This document shows, piece by piece, positions 23,453-36,813 of a stretch of 64,000 nucleotides of DNA. The DNA comes from Podarcis muralis (taxonomy: Eukaryota), in assembly GCF_964188315.1 (NCBI RefSeq), contig NC_135659.1:80662001-80726000 (forward strand), read 5' to 3'. A model generated the notes under the pieces. That model was given only the letters and a program-made list of their open reading frames with translations, was not told the DNA's origin and made no database searches. Every line of letters begins with the position of its first letter. Position 1 is the first letter of the stretch. Position numbers and translations under genes: made by a program.

Positions 23453-23654
23453 TAATTCGTTCTGGAGGTCCGTTCTTAACATGAAACTGTTCTTAACCTG
23501 AGATACCACTTTAGCTAATGGGGCCTCCCGCTGCTGCCGCGCCGCCACTGCGCGATTTCCATTCTCATCCTGAAGCAAAGTTCTTAACCCGAGGTACTAT
23601 TTCTGGGTTAGCGGAGTCTGTAACCTGAAGCGTATGTAACCCGAGGTACCACTG
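23453..23654 (-). mobile_element. Tc1/mariner MITE lacking one terminus
   Basis: Reverse complement of the 19350/34078 family; ends AACCCGAGGTACCACTG-TA. The other end is replaced by the adjacent MITE. Confidence 0.85.
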
Positions 23655-25099
23655 TATCACTTTCAAGGGTGCTTATACTTTGTAGCTTTTATAATGACTT
23701 GTATTAATAGTTAAATTGTATTTTAATGTGTAGGGCACCTTTTCTATAAAATATTTTTATTATTTAATCAAAGTTATCAAATTGATAAATGTTGCAGACC
23801 AGCTTAATAGGATTTTATTTGCTTAAGATCTGGTGAGTTCTTCACCACAGGTTGTTATTCTAAAGATGCTTCTGGATTATTTTACTGGGATTATGAACCC
23901 AAATTTAACTATTGACCACCTCTAGCCCTAAAGGAATAAAAAGCTTTATATATTTGTATTTACATGTTATGTGCTTGTGTTGCCGTGGGAGCCATCTTAG
24001 AAGAAACTTCTTCTAACATGCTGCCCATCACCCATGGTTATTGCAAATACTTGCGTTAAAATAATAATTTTCTGGTAAGTAATAATTTTCTGATTATTGG
24101 TTTCAGTTCTCCTAAAAGTATAAACGTGTCAGTACTATGTTATCCAAATATCTTTTCCGGAAGTAATGTCTATCAATTGCATTTTAGAAGTGATAATTTT
24201 ATGAGCAATATACTATTTATTTATTTTTTAAATCTACCCACGTTTGCAATGTATATTACAGCTTCAGCAGAGCTACAGAATAGCAATGGTATTATATCTA
24301 GCAACATGATGCACCAGGTTGGTGTGTGTTGCAAAGGATGAGCCACTTTTGTGATAGTGTTGCTATGGCAACTACCTTCTGAGAGCTGCCTCAAGGTCAC
24401 TCATCAGCCATAGCCCAGAGTGCTTGGATTTTACGCAAAATAAGAAGCACCTAGCAGTTCCTGTTGTTCTTTTTTCAGTCTTCTACTGTTGCATTAAATA
24501 TTATGAGGAATACTAATGGATTCACAATATTTACATGTTAATTAATTTTAAGTGACATTTTTATACAAAGGGTAACGGATACAAGGACAGACTCTAACAA
24601 TTATATATAAGTGTATGTATATGCTTTAAAAAATCTTCAAATTACATAAAGGAAAGTTGGTAGTAACTAGTATCAAACATGTGTACTTAAACTACAATTT
24701 AAAGAATTCTTTTAAATGTATTTTCAAACAATGATGATGATTTTTCTTCTAAATCTGAAAAGACTTCCAGTAGTATAAGCAAGACTCAGCAATTACAAGG
24801 AGCTGTAGGAAATACATTTATGGGGCTTGCAACTTTGTTCACTCCCATACCATGTGGCAAACAACCAAAATTTTGCTTTTAATATTTTGTTTTATTTTTT
24901 GTTCTTCAACTGTTTGCTGTTTGTGGCCCATTCTGGTTATTTAGAAATTGTCTACCTGCATTACTTAAACTCTTGGAAAAAAAATCATGAGAAGTGTTAT
25001 TTAATGCTGGGTAAGCCAAATTTCATGTATGATATAAATATGTATTTAAGTCCAGATCACTGGCTCTTTGCAGGTGGGTCAAACAAAATTTAAAGCGCG

Positions 25100-25134
<35 letters not shown>

Positions 25135-26914
25135 TGTGTGGAAAAATTACCTTTGAACATGTGCAAAGTGCAGTTTCCTCCTAAATGTTTCACTGGAACA
25201 CTTTGTGGAATATGTTTTCAGATGAAATTAAGTACCTCCTGTACAAGATTTTGAACCTCAAAACAGCTATATCTTTCCCAGCAGACATCATTCAGCTTGT
25301 TTTCTCCTCTCCATTTGAATTTCCCTTTTCCATGTAAATTTATTTATTTATTTATTTTAATAGATACTGCTTTGATAGTAAATTGAACCTCTAAGTACTT
25401 TACAAAAAAATAAAGAAAATGTTAAACTTAAAATTTTTCACAGAGTTAAAAAGAAGAATTAAAATTCAAAAATATCTACAACAAGCTAACAACAAATTAA
25501 AATACATGAAGACTTCTACATGTCTGGGTAGACTTGCCTGAACTAAAATATTTTTAGCAGATGCCAAAAAGAGTACAATGCACCCCCGCCTAGTGTAAAT
25601 AGGGAGGGAGGGAGTTCCAAAGTATAAGTGCTCCCACACCTACAAAAGATTTGTTTCCTGAAAGTGTGCGGTGAGTATTATGAACGAGTGTTATGTAACA
25701 ATTCCACAAATGTGTGTGTGTGCAAAAACACTTATATGTCATTAGTCCTTTAACTTCTCTATTGATATCTGTGAGCTGTTCTCTCTTCTGTCACTTGGTA
25801 CATTGAACTGTAGCACCTTGTGCAAACTAGGAAGTGATCCTGGCCCTCCTGTTCAAGGCACTCCATTCTAATCCCTCTCCCCCTCAGTTGTCAATATTTT
25901 TCATCTTCTCAAGCTCTCTTAAGGTGTCCAGTTTGAAATGTGCAAATGGGCAAGTGGAGTAAGCCCCAGTTCCTCAAGGATGCATGTCTGTATAGGGTTG
26001 CTTAAACAAAAAATGTTTTAAGCAGACACTGAAAAGGGTTGTAGAAGATAGGTTACTCAGATATCTGTCTGAACACAGGTCTGATAAAAATTAACGTGCC
26101 TACTTGCTGAGGTTATCAAAACAGGCCTTGTTTTGTCTCTCTTGGATTATCTGAAATATAGTAGGTGTTGAGGCCTTTCCGATAGTGGCACCTCTGTTCT
26201 GTAATTCCTTCCTTTGTGGTGCTGTTTGGTTCCCTCTATGCTAAGTTTTAGACACTACAATTTCTGAGGATGCTTAGAACCAGTGATTTCTATCAGTTTT
26301 AGTCGTACTTTTTTATATAAAAAAAATATTATTTTCTTGGGTAACAAAAGTACATACAGCTTTCAGTTCATGAAATCCTTTCTCAAGATCAGTTACATTC
26401 GACCTGAGACACTAATGTTATAGACTATGAGGTGGGGAGAGAGAGAAGGGGGGGATAGTAAACTTCCATTCTTTTACATAGTGTATGTGAGAGTTTTTTT
26501 GTGGGTAGGTTCTTTTTTCCCATTCATTTACTGGTTTTCATTGGCAGTGAGAAAGATTGGGGGGCCTAGGGCATGGTTAGTTTCCTTCAGTTGACTACAG
26601 TGAGTTTAGTTTGTGTGTGTGAAGGAGAGGGGGTTGTTGGGTCAAATTAGCCATATTGATTCGTATGCTGTCGGGTGTTGTTGTTGTTGTTGTTGTTGTT
26701 GTTGTCTTGTTGGGATGTGTACTGGTATTTAATAAAGGGGAACCACACAGGGTGAATGCATCCACTTCTGTTTGTCCCTGGGCTCATTTGAGTTTGTTGG
26801 TTAGCTTTTCTAGAAGGGCTGTTTCCCATACTGTTTGGTACCAGTGGTACCAAACTTGAAGTAGACTTGTGATTATTGGGCATGACTACTATAGGTCCAT
26901 CAATTTCATTTGTT

Positions 26915-27085
26915 GTTGTTTTTTTATAAGATATTTATTGGCATTTTCACAAATTTATATAACATAAAAATCACAAAAAACAAAAAATACATACAAAAAA
27001 AAACAAAAAACCACACATGTATAACTTCATTCCCTTATGCTCATGAAACTTACTTTCCCGACCTCCTCATACCTCCCCATCAATT
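26915..27085 (-). mobile_element. Probable L1 3' end remnant
   Basis: T-rich start, tttattggcattttcac, A-rich body and ttcccgacctcc motif as seen in squamate L1 3' UTRs; recognised from memory only. Confidence 0.35.
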
Positions 27086-27591
27086 TCATTTGGTTTACTT
27101 CGAGTAAAATTTAATAGGATACACCTCAGTATTTATTGAATGTGTGTTTTACTGGTCATCAATTTTTTTTTTCTTTTTCTGCTATTGTATTGTTGGCTTG
27201 CTTATTTATTATCTGATGAGAGTATTTTTTCCTTAGGGATTTTTATTGAACAGAAGGGCAGACTATAAATATCTAATTCAGGTTGCAATTTTTAATATTT
27301 ATCCCGTTTGAGTAATAGTTCAGGGGGTGGTTATTTTCTTCCTCCGCATCCTTCAGTTGATAAGATTCTCTGGCAGTATCGAGGTTTGTGAATGTTTGCT
27401 GAACTTCTAAGTGTAAACTGTGATTCAAGTTTAATTGATGATATCCAATATCCTAAGCAGTGTGACTGACCATTTTCACATTTAAAACTGTACAAATGGT
27501 GAACCAGTGCTTGGAGGTATGAGACAAAAGTGTAGTCAGACTCTACAACGTGATTCCAAACTGTTTCCCCCCCCCCAAAGGGAGTACTTTG

Positions 27592-27625
<34 letters not shown>

Positions 27626-27949
27626 CTAATTCACTGTTGTGATTGCAGTAAGTGGTGGTCAATAAGCATTTATTCATTAGACCTGCTTTGGCTTTTGGTA
27701 GATCTTAATTGAAACATGGGCGGGGGGGTAGGGGTTTTGTTAAGGGGGAAAATTGCTGTCTGAACACATGTGCTTTAATTGTAAAATCCTTACTGCAAGA
27801 TGGTACCAGCTTCTGTATAGACTAGGAGCCTTTTTGAAGAGGTCAGTTTGTTTAGCAAATTATTCTTTAGGCACTGAATCAGGATCAGAAGCATAAAATG
27901 CCTCCTGAGACTATAAAAGAATCTCTGTCCCTGGGCAGGTCAAGTCTGT

Positions 27950-28022
27950 GATAGCTGTGATTGTTGCATTGCAATGGGTTGGACTAGATGATCCTTAGAA
28001 CTCTACAATTCTATGATTCTAA
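27950..28022 (+). mobile_element. CR1-type 3' tail (CR1 LINE or CR1-tailed SINE fragment)
   Basis: gggttggactagatgatcc...caattctatgattcta; matches the tail of the SINE at 45060-45205. Confidence 0.7.
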
Positions 28023-28032
28023 GTGTCAGGCA

Positions 28033-28305
28033 CAAATCTGAAGTTCCTAAGATGGTTGGATGGTGTCCTGTACGCCTCCAGGCGACTCCTGCAGCCAGGC
28101 TGGTGCCAAAGATAATGCTCTGTTTTCCTTTGGACCACATCAGTGAGGCTGAAAGGGGGTCTTGACATCTGGGCAGCCCAGGACCTCCATACACACTGCC
28201 CAGGCTTTTGCACCCTGGGGAGGTCATGTTGGTGCTGCTAATGGAGCAGTTTTACTTCACCCCCGAAGGCGTATTCCATTGTCTCTCAGATAGCTGGATT
28301 CCAAC
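28033..28305 (-). mobile_element. 273-bp retroposon-like insertion resembling an RTE-clade 5' region
   Basis: Flanked by the 12-bp direct repeat AAGTGTCAGGCA (28021-32 and 28306-17). Family and strand assigned from recollection. Confidence 0.5.
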
Positions 28306-30479
28306 AAGTGTCAGGCAATTTCCTCCACCCAATGCATCAACAGTGTTACTCTGAAGGGTGTTGCCTTACTCCTCTGTAAGGTTTCTAATACAAGGATGGG
28401 AACCAGTCATGCAAAATTGGTGGCAATCTTTTTGGAGGTGGTAAAGTCATCAGTGAGGAACATTCAAGTGAATCTGGGCCAATAGATTGCCCACATGTTG
28501 CTGTAGAGAAATACCAATAAACTGAAAGGTACATACGTATATGATAGAGATTTGTCAAAATAATATTACAAATGGAAATAAAATAATAAGCACTAGAAAG
28601 TTCAGTATGTTTGATCAGCTTTATTCAGGATATTGTCACCAGGAATTTTTCTGACTCTTGGATATCAAGAGTAAAATCAAATTCATTACAACTTGTTCCC
28701 AGTACTCTTCCATTTTCAGCCTTGACCCTAGTCCCACCTACTGAAAATGGCTTCTTCTCCCCTCTTGAAATCATGTTCCACTGTCTTCCGGTTGCATTTG
28801 ATTCTACTTTTGATTCTATTATTTTAATTCTATTATTTAATTCTCCAGAAAAATTATCTGAACCCTCCCATATGCTCCACCATTTTACTTCCTACATCTA
28901 TCATTTACTAGTAAATGTATTTGTAAGACCTACAATTCTAACATAACATGTTCACAGATCACATTTCTTGCCTGTATTTCAGAGAGAGAGAGAGAGAGAG
29001 AAGTAAAGAAACATCTACACACACTGATCCTATTTAAAGCCTTCAATTTATGCAAGAATTTCTCAGTAAAGTGTTAACCTCTGCTGGTGGTTTAGGGACT
29101 GATTACTTAATACTCTGGTAAGGGCCTGAAAGGGTGCTGAAGGGAAGAAGTGCACAAGCCCAAGGACTTTTTGAAAGCTGTTCTGTTCTTGTAGTGCCAA
29201 CCCACAGTTTGACAAGGCTGTAGGTGCAGTGTTCAGCTTAGGAAACACTCTCCACTGAAAAGCCCACTTGTGCCTGCACTTTTTTCATTTCAGAGATAAC
29301 GCACCACTTTTTAATTTTTGGTTGCTTTCAATAGCCAGTGATGAAGGGAAGCTACATTTTGGTACTTGATGTAAGCTGTGTTGATGCAAACTGATTTGAG
29401 AACTTCTCTGGGCCAGGATAGTGACATATAAATTTGAGAAAAGACAAAAGTAGTTATATACTATACTCTAGTCTCCCTGTGATGTTAAATACTTGATGCA
29501 TTTGATTAATTTTGTATTCTGTTTCTTGACAATAGAATGGTGGACTAGAAACTCCCAAAATAAAAATGTTTTATATTGTAGCATTTAACAACGTCACTAA
29601 CTCTATTAAAGCACTGCCATTGATATGGAAATAAAATTATTTCAGTAAAAGACAAATTCCATTTACCCAGAGCCAGCATTTAACAGAAAAAGTGTAGGAG
29701 TCATGTGTACATGTGTGTTTAAACCTCATTTAGGAAACTTTGAAGGCTCAGGTTGTACAAACTAGTATATACTCATTTTTGCTTCCATTATGTACTCATT
29801 TGACATAAAAAGCGCTGGTCTAACTCTGGTATTTCCTGCAGCAATTATAATATGCAGTACTTCCCTAAATTACATAACCTCTAGACAGGAGGCGAGCTGA
29901 ATCTTAAATGTTACAGGTTCTGATATGGATAGGCTTAAAAAAATTATTTTAAGTTTTTCATATCTGGATTTAGCTTCATGCACACTGTGTATTCTAGATA
30001 CTGTTCATGCACCCATTTTACTTGATACAACTTGACCCTGATAGAATTAACTTTTTGAAAGACTAGACTCCCAAATTTTATATTTATTTACAAGTTTGGA
30101 ATACTTACAGCCTGTTTTTATAGCCCCAAGAGGAGCTTATAAAAATGTGCACATTGCAATCAAATTCAACTGTAGTATCAGGAACGGAAATAATATTGTG
30201 TCCATATGGTGCCACTATTGTTCAGATTTCAGTCTCAGGTCTTCAGTGTTAGTATGGGAGTATATTGTTCTCAACTGTCAGAATGGGAAATAAGTCTGCC
30301 AGCTCTGTTTCTGGTAAATGGAAGGGCTTTGGATTTGGCCCCTGGAACACCCCTTTTGTGGTTACGATCTGTTCTATGCTGTGGCCCCAAAGACCCCCTT
30401 TCATTGGGGAAATATTGAGTATTTCATACAAAATGATAGTATCATTGGTTATATACTTTGTACTTGTATTACCAAAAGA

Positions 30480-30480
<1 letters not shown>

Positions 30481-30513
<33 letters not shown>
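30481..30513. repeat. (GC)5(AC)n alternating purine-pyrimidine tract
   Basis: gcgcgcgcgcacacacacac... read directly. Confidence 0.95.
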
Positions 30514-30514
<1 letters not shown>

Positions 30515-31689
30515 CTTGATTTGTGCATATTGAAATGCAACATTTGTTTAGTATGGAAAACACTTGATTTGTAGTAACTCCCTGGAACATTCAGTTATAT
30601 AGGAATTCATTTTTTTACCTTGTAATGTGTGAAGCAACTCACAGTATAACTTTTTCCTATCTTTTTATCTTTGTTTTGTGCTTCTGTTTCCTAGGGTAAC
30701 CCCCTTGTGTAGGCTGCAAACTGGAACCCTTCTAAGTTATAGCGTGTTGCTATTTATGTCAATGTGTACATATTTTACATTGCAGTAGAGGAACAATACA
30801 AATGTTGAGCTTCTGGGGCTTTCCACTTGATTGTATCATCTGTTTGTTTTAGATAGAAGACACTTCCATTAAAACCACTCTAATAAGAAAACTTCACACA
30901 AACTTTTCTAATGTGAGAAGATTCCCAATTTAATCTAATGTGTAAGATGGCGGGTTTGCTGTGGAACATGGTTAGGAAGAAACAACTGTATAGGCTAGCA
31001 GTCAACTGCAAAGGGGACTCGGAAATCTAATTTGCACATTTTACTTGAGAATTACTTTTTATTCTGTGTAACAAGGAATTTTGGTGGATTTGATCATGGT
31101 TTTATTGCATATGTAGTGACTGTTGGGTTCCCCCTCCCCTTTTCCTTTATTTGGATGATGCCATGGCCTTTGGCTAGCGCAATAATTTTTTAAATTTTTA
31201 AAAAAATCCTTTTATGATGGTACAGTTATATGAGAGGATTGTACAACTTCAGCAACTTAATGTTTGAATTGGCTCTCTGTGCCTGGGTAAATGGAGGTCT
31301 GTAGACAGCAGAATTGCAGTTCAGTTCATTAGATCCCCCATTCTCATTTAAGGGTTAGGTTGTTTCCGTAACTTCCATAGACATGTATTCACGCACACTT
31401 CTTTGCTTTCAGATTAGATAAATAGTTTTATTTCTCTGGCTAACTAGTATCCTGCCATTTTTCAACCTCTAGGTAGAGATGCTGTGTGAGTGCTGAGAGG
31501 AATACATTTCCAAGTAAGTGTTTAACAGTGAACTTAGAATACAGTTAATTATCTGGTCCCATTGAAGTTGGTGGAATAAAGCCAGTTTAAGCATAGGAAC
31601 TCTTACATAGTTTTTTAAAGCTATTGGAAGTGGGCTGGTGGTGGAATCTGTTGAACCGTACTTCCTTTTCCATGTGGTTTTTTAAATCT

Positions 31690-32130
31690 TTACAGTCTAA
31701 TATCTATCTTTGGATATGCACCTCTTCATGTTCTCTCCATAGCTTTCTGTTGTTTGCTTCCTCCATCTACATAAGCCCTCCTGTTAGTGGTCATTCCCTT
31801 GGTCTTTTAAAACTGTGGGGTCTCCACACTAGCATTGCTTTATTCCATCAACCTGAGTCATCTCTTGCCACATGCCCTGTATATGTCCATTTTAACTTTG
31901 TGGCCTTTTCCACTACCTCTGTAACTTTTGATCTTTGTGGTATTCAGTTGTTAGCTTTGCTTGTTCCATGGCATATTGTGGTGTTCTTAAGCTGTTTGTT
32001 TCTTTGTGTCATGGTCCAGTTCCTCGCTCTAGAACACATCACAGGTAGTACACAAATACTGAATGCTTTAGCTATCAAATCTGAGGAAATATTTTTATTT
32101 TTCATCTTATGTGTGATTATTAAACATGGG
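31690..32130 (-). mobile_element. Ancient RTE-clade LINE C-terminal remnant
   Basis: KAFSICVLPVMCSRARNWTMT...KLKWTYTGHVARD..WNKAMLVWRP..KRP resembles the RTE CVLPV.TYG.E.W and LKW..AGHVAR..RW motifs. Confidence 0.65.
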
Positions 32131-33699
32131 TCACAAAGGCATGTGATGCTTTTCAGCAAACATTCTGCTTGAATTGGGCTGCAATCCTTTGCTCATTTCC
32201 TTGAGAGTAATCCACATTAAGTACAGTTGGTCTTAATTTGGAGTTACCATGTTTTCATTAGAATTTGTTGCATGATTGTCTATACCTTCCTTGTTGTTCT
32301 TGAATTCCTGGGCTGCTGCAAACCAGGAGGTCAAATATGAAAATTATTGCTGCTTATTTCTGGAAGTGTATTTCTGGAAGTGTTTAAAGGGGAGCACCAT
32401 TTGATCTTGGTATGACAAAGTTTGGCATTAATCAGGAACATCATAATGTGTGATGTTGAAAGCATATTAAGGGGTTAATGCCAAAATTGCATGACTGCCA
32501 AAACATGCTTATTGAGCCAGTCAAAAGATTTAAGGATGGGTTCTTGGAGTATTGTATTTGAAACATTTTTAATGCAAAGTGAAACCAATTGATTTAAAGG
32601 AATTGCATTATAAAATCTGTATTAAAGCGGAGTGTAATTCAACAGCTTTGAGGGAAAATGGAATTCAGATAGGTAACATTATGTATTGTTTACTTACAGT
32701 GCTATTCTTGGTGTGTCTCTTCAGAATTCAGTCTCAGTGGGGCTTGCTCAAAAAAACAAATACAGCAGAGTTGAGGAGCCCTTTTTTTGCTGAGGACCGC
32801 ATTCCTTTGGAGGGGTGTGTGGGAGGCCACAGGCTGCTGGTGGGTTGGTGTGGAGCCAGAACATGGGCAAACTATCATCTTTTCACTCTCTGCAATCCAA
32901 TTCCCTCCTTTTTCCGTCTCCTTGCCATATGAGAATCACATGATAATTAGGATAAGGGCTGTAGGGTCCCCACTTCTGGGACACTGGAAAACAACCCAAA
33001 TGCCTCTGTCTTAAGAATGTAATTGCCACCGTTTCTGTGTGTGCAGGGGAACAGCAACAACATCCTGAAGTTTCATTTTTTTAAAAAATTGTGTAGTTGT
33101 GTACATTCATGAATACATTTAGAATATTTGTTCCCTTCCCTTTCCCCTTGATATCAGGCAAGGTTTATGTTAGCTATTATCATGGTATTAGCAACTGCCA
33201 ACGCCCACTCCCTTCCCCCATCTTCAGAGTGCAGAGAAACCTAGTTTGCTTGCAGCTGCAGTGCTAGACATCTTTCAGGAAGTGACCTTGGCTTGTATTA
33301 ATCAAATTCAGAACACAGAAAAGCTGCTTGCTAACATGCTGACTTGATATAAAATGTTAGAGCAGACATTTTCTTTTAAAATGAGGCCATGAGGGAAATA
33401 AGGGGAGTTCTTAAATAATATCTCCATTTAGACGACTTTTCAGTATGTAGAAAGGACAGAGAAGTTGCCTACAGTGAGGGTTATTGAAATATAAAGCCTG
33501 TGTTAAAATAATTTAGTGGTTGCCTTTTCTAAGCAGTATCTGTGATCTAAGAATGTATTAGGGAACAATTGGCATTTAAAGTTAAGCACAGCATAACATT
33601 TAACTAATAACCAATCTGTATAATTTCCTCTTTAAAAGTTGATCAGCATTGTTGATAAACATTGCATGCTAAGGACTGATGCATCTGAACAAATAGCCA

Positions 33700-33900
33700 G
33701 GTGAATGCCTTCCATAATAATTGCTCCGTGCAAGAAGGCCCCATGTTCATCTAGCAAGGATTTTTATACAATGCTGCCACAAATGGTCTTGCTCTTCTTC
33801 ATCTATCTCAATAGAGTGCCATTGTTGGAACATGCACTGAGGCAGCACAGACATGAAAGATCCTACTATTTTGTGTAGGGCATCTTGCCTCCAGGAATAG
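33700..33900 (+). mobile_element. Ancient RTE remnant
   Basis: VNAFH...; ttggaacatgcactgagg...gatcc resembles RWLGHV.RM...RIPK; heavily degraded. Confidence 0.4.
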
Positions 33901-34077
33901 AATAATGTCATTTGTGATATTGCCATTATGTACTGTCTTACATAGAAATTGTTGCTGTCTGCTGTCTTATGTAGAAATCCACTTGTTGAAAATTTTTAGG
34001 ACTAGACCATTAAATCTTCAAAATCAAACAGAACATCATATAAGGTTTAACTCTATTCATTTAACAAATTATATGTA

Positions 34078-34311
34078 CAGTGGTACCTCGGGTTACATAT
34101 GCTTCAGGTTACATATGCTTCAGGTTACAGACTCCGCTAACCCAGAAATATTACTTCGGGTTAAGAACTTTGCTTCAGGATAAGAACAGAAATCGTGCTC
34201 CAGCGGCAGCAGGAGGCCCCATTAGCTAAAGTGGTGCTTCAGGTTAAGAACAGTTTCAGGTTAAGAACATACCTCCAGAACGAATTATGTTTTTAACCCG
34301 AGGCACCACTG
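34078..34311 (+). mobile_element. Tc1/mariner MITE
   Basis: TA-CAGTGGTACCTCGGGTT...AACCCGAGGCACCACTG-TA. Confidence 0.9.
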
Positions 34312-35377
34312 TATATCCATGAGATATTATCCTTGGGTTACAGGGAAAAGTCTGTTGCACAAGTAAAACAACATCATTGAATGCAACCCACACTACAGTC
34401 AATAATAACTCAATTTTGGTTGCATGTAACACTAAACTGTGGTTTATCTGAAGTGGTGGCTTCTAATCTCCTTGTGGCTGGTACAAAGGGGGAAACAGGG
34501 CCATAGGCATAGCACTGAGCTATAAAGCAGGAACAAGCCATGCATTTAAAATATTTTCACTGCCCTTCATTTGAAGATTCTAGGGAAGTGTGAAATAATT
34601 CACCCAACAAGAAGTACAATATCTAAAGAACATACCACCACCACAATCAATCAATCAATAGAAAGCAAGCTAAAAAGAAAAAAAACTAAGGAAATCAAGC
34701 AGCTTAGACTAAAATATTGTGCCATGAATATTGTAAGGTTAATGCTAGATAGGCCTCCGTAGACAGAGCATTTGAAACTAAGGGTACCACTGCAGAAAAT
34801 GAGGCCTGAAATCCGAACCTTAATGATGGAGATTCAACAAGGTTAAGAATGGTAAGATGATAAATCCCTCTGAAAGAAGACAACAAATCAACCATTTGAG
34901 CATATTTATGGCAAGGAGGGACATGGGAAGCTTTTGATTTGTTGCCTATAACCAGTAAATATAAGCAAAGCATTGCAATCTTTAAATTTCACTCAAGACA
35001 GCTTGCATTGTTGTGGCATCACAAATGGAATAGGTATACAAAAGCTGTTGAAGTTTCAACAGTTTTGCAGAATTTCCTTAGAATCCATCCATGTCTTAAG
35101 AACTTCTTTAGAGACTCTTCTCAGAGTACCTTCTTTAACAGAGGTACGTTATGTAGTTATAAGGGAGAGGGTATATTCTCTCTCTCTCCTTTGAGTGGGT
35201 TTTGTTTGGCTTTAGGACTCACACTGTAATTAGTGCCATATTTGGAGTCTTGGGGGATCCTGCAGGTCAGTTTTTGATGTTGCAAATCAAATAGACAAAA
35301 AAGCTTTTCCCTTCAACATTGTTGACATTGTCAAGCTACCTCCTATTTAATAGCTTGTTAAATCTCTCTTCTTACAG

Positions 35378-35524
35378 ATCCAGGGTAACATGACATCCTA
35401 CCAGTTTTTCTTGTCTTTCTGCCAGAACATCATCCTTGTGGCGAATGACTGGAAGCAAACCCTTGATTATTTGGAAAGTTTGGCTATCTGTAATAGACTG
35501 GCTGCATCAATTCTAGCAAAGGAG
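35378..35524 (+). other. Candidate 5' UTR exon with two in-frame acceptors (35378 and 35426)
   Basis: ctctcttcttacag|ATCC and tttttcttgtctttctgccag|AACATC are both strong acceptors, 48 nt apart. Sequence is non-repetitive. Donor GAG|gtgtaa is weak. Confidence 0.45.
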
Positions 35525-35613
35525 GTGTAATTATTTCAAAGTTCTTTGGGTTTTGTATGTGGTAGTTTTTGTTTAAAGCTTTTAGATTTGGCCCTGCTTT
35601 GTCTGTCTTTATA

Positions 35614-35858
35614 TAGGGTTGCAATATGTCCAGAATTTCCTGGACATATCCAGAATACTGAAGTCAGAAGCAGTGTTTGGGCTGAAATCGCAAAAAAGGC
35701 GGGGGAAATCTGGACATATGGCAACCTATGTCGGCTTTTTGGTGATTTCCCTTAAAAACAGATCAAAATCTTCATTTTTTAAAGGCAAATTTGCCAGAAA
35801 AGCTTTGGGCAAAGTTAAAAACCTCTGGATTTTCACTGTTTGAAATACGGCAACCCTA
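35614..35858. mobile_element. hAT (Tip100/Blackjack-like) MITE
   Basis: TAGGGTTGCAATAT...ATACGGCAACCCTA; flanking CTTTATA(T) duplication. Confidence 0.85.
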
Positions 35859-35959
35859 CTTTATATGCATACCACACCATTCTGCTTTTAAGAGCATGAC
35901 GGTAAAACAGATACAGACAGCAGAGAACTCTTAGGCATATCATGGTTGTCACCCAGGAT

Positions 35960-36420
35960 GGAGATTGTGTGCACTGCACTTCTGTTTTCCTGCATGGGTA
36001 TCAACTTCCAGAAAGCGGTGTTGGAACACTGCCCATCTGCTCCATTGCATGTACATGGTATTGTGTAGCGCTATATGTTGTCCCCAGTGCTATTCTAATG
36101 ATAAAGATGGATCAAGAAGCACTGCCATACTACACACCTGCTCCTTCAGTAAGAGTGTGACTCCACAGGTTGAATACCAAGTTCCTAAACACAATAATAG
36201 TGCCTCCAATTTATCAGGATTCAGCTTCAGGTTATTGACTGTCATCCAGCACGTTACCACTTCCAGGAACCAATTCAGATTCTAATGGACTAGAGATACA
36301 GAGTTGGGTGTCATCAGCATACCTGACACCATAACCCAAACCCCCTGATCACTGTACCCAGCAGCGTCATATAAATGTGCAATGGCATTGGGGACAAGAG
36401 GGAATCATTTGGGGGGGGGG
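35960..36420 (-). mobile_element. Old L2 RT remnant
   Basis: Minus strand contains a degraded YADDTQL-like site (gtcatcagcatac on the plus strand) and NNLKLNPDK. Confidence 0.6.
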
Positions 36421-36726
36421 GCAGAAGTCACCCAGTGCTACTCCCTGGTGATGGCCCTGCATATATGAGTGGAAGCATTGTATCACTGTGACCCCTAATA
36501 ATGGACAGTGTGATGACATGCTACTGCTTAGCTGACCCCTGGTCCATTGTGTTGCTGCTGCTTACCAGAAGGTTGATTGCTTCAAATATGTTTCCTGCCA
36601 ACTTTATTTTAAATGTCTTCCCTGAATGGCTTTCTATCGTAGCAGTACAGCTCTGGATGGAGTAGTATATGTGTGTGGAGGCAAATCACACCTGTCCACG
36701 GACACTGGACATTTGCATGTGTGTAT

Positions 36727-36813
36727 TGTTGTTGTTTAGTCGTGTCCAACTCTTCGTGACCCCATGGACCAGAGCATGCCAGGCACTCCTGTCTTCCACT
36801 GCCTCTCACAGTT
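36727..36813 (-). mobile_element. BovB/RTE 3' end fragment
   Basis: Same sequence as 1997-2090 including the (caa)n tail. Confidence 0.85.

Noticed and set aside
31624-32172. 182-aa plus-strand ORF
   Set aside because: It is the antisense of a degraded RTE LINE end.
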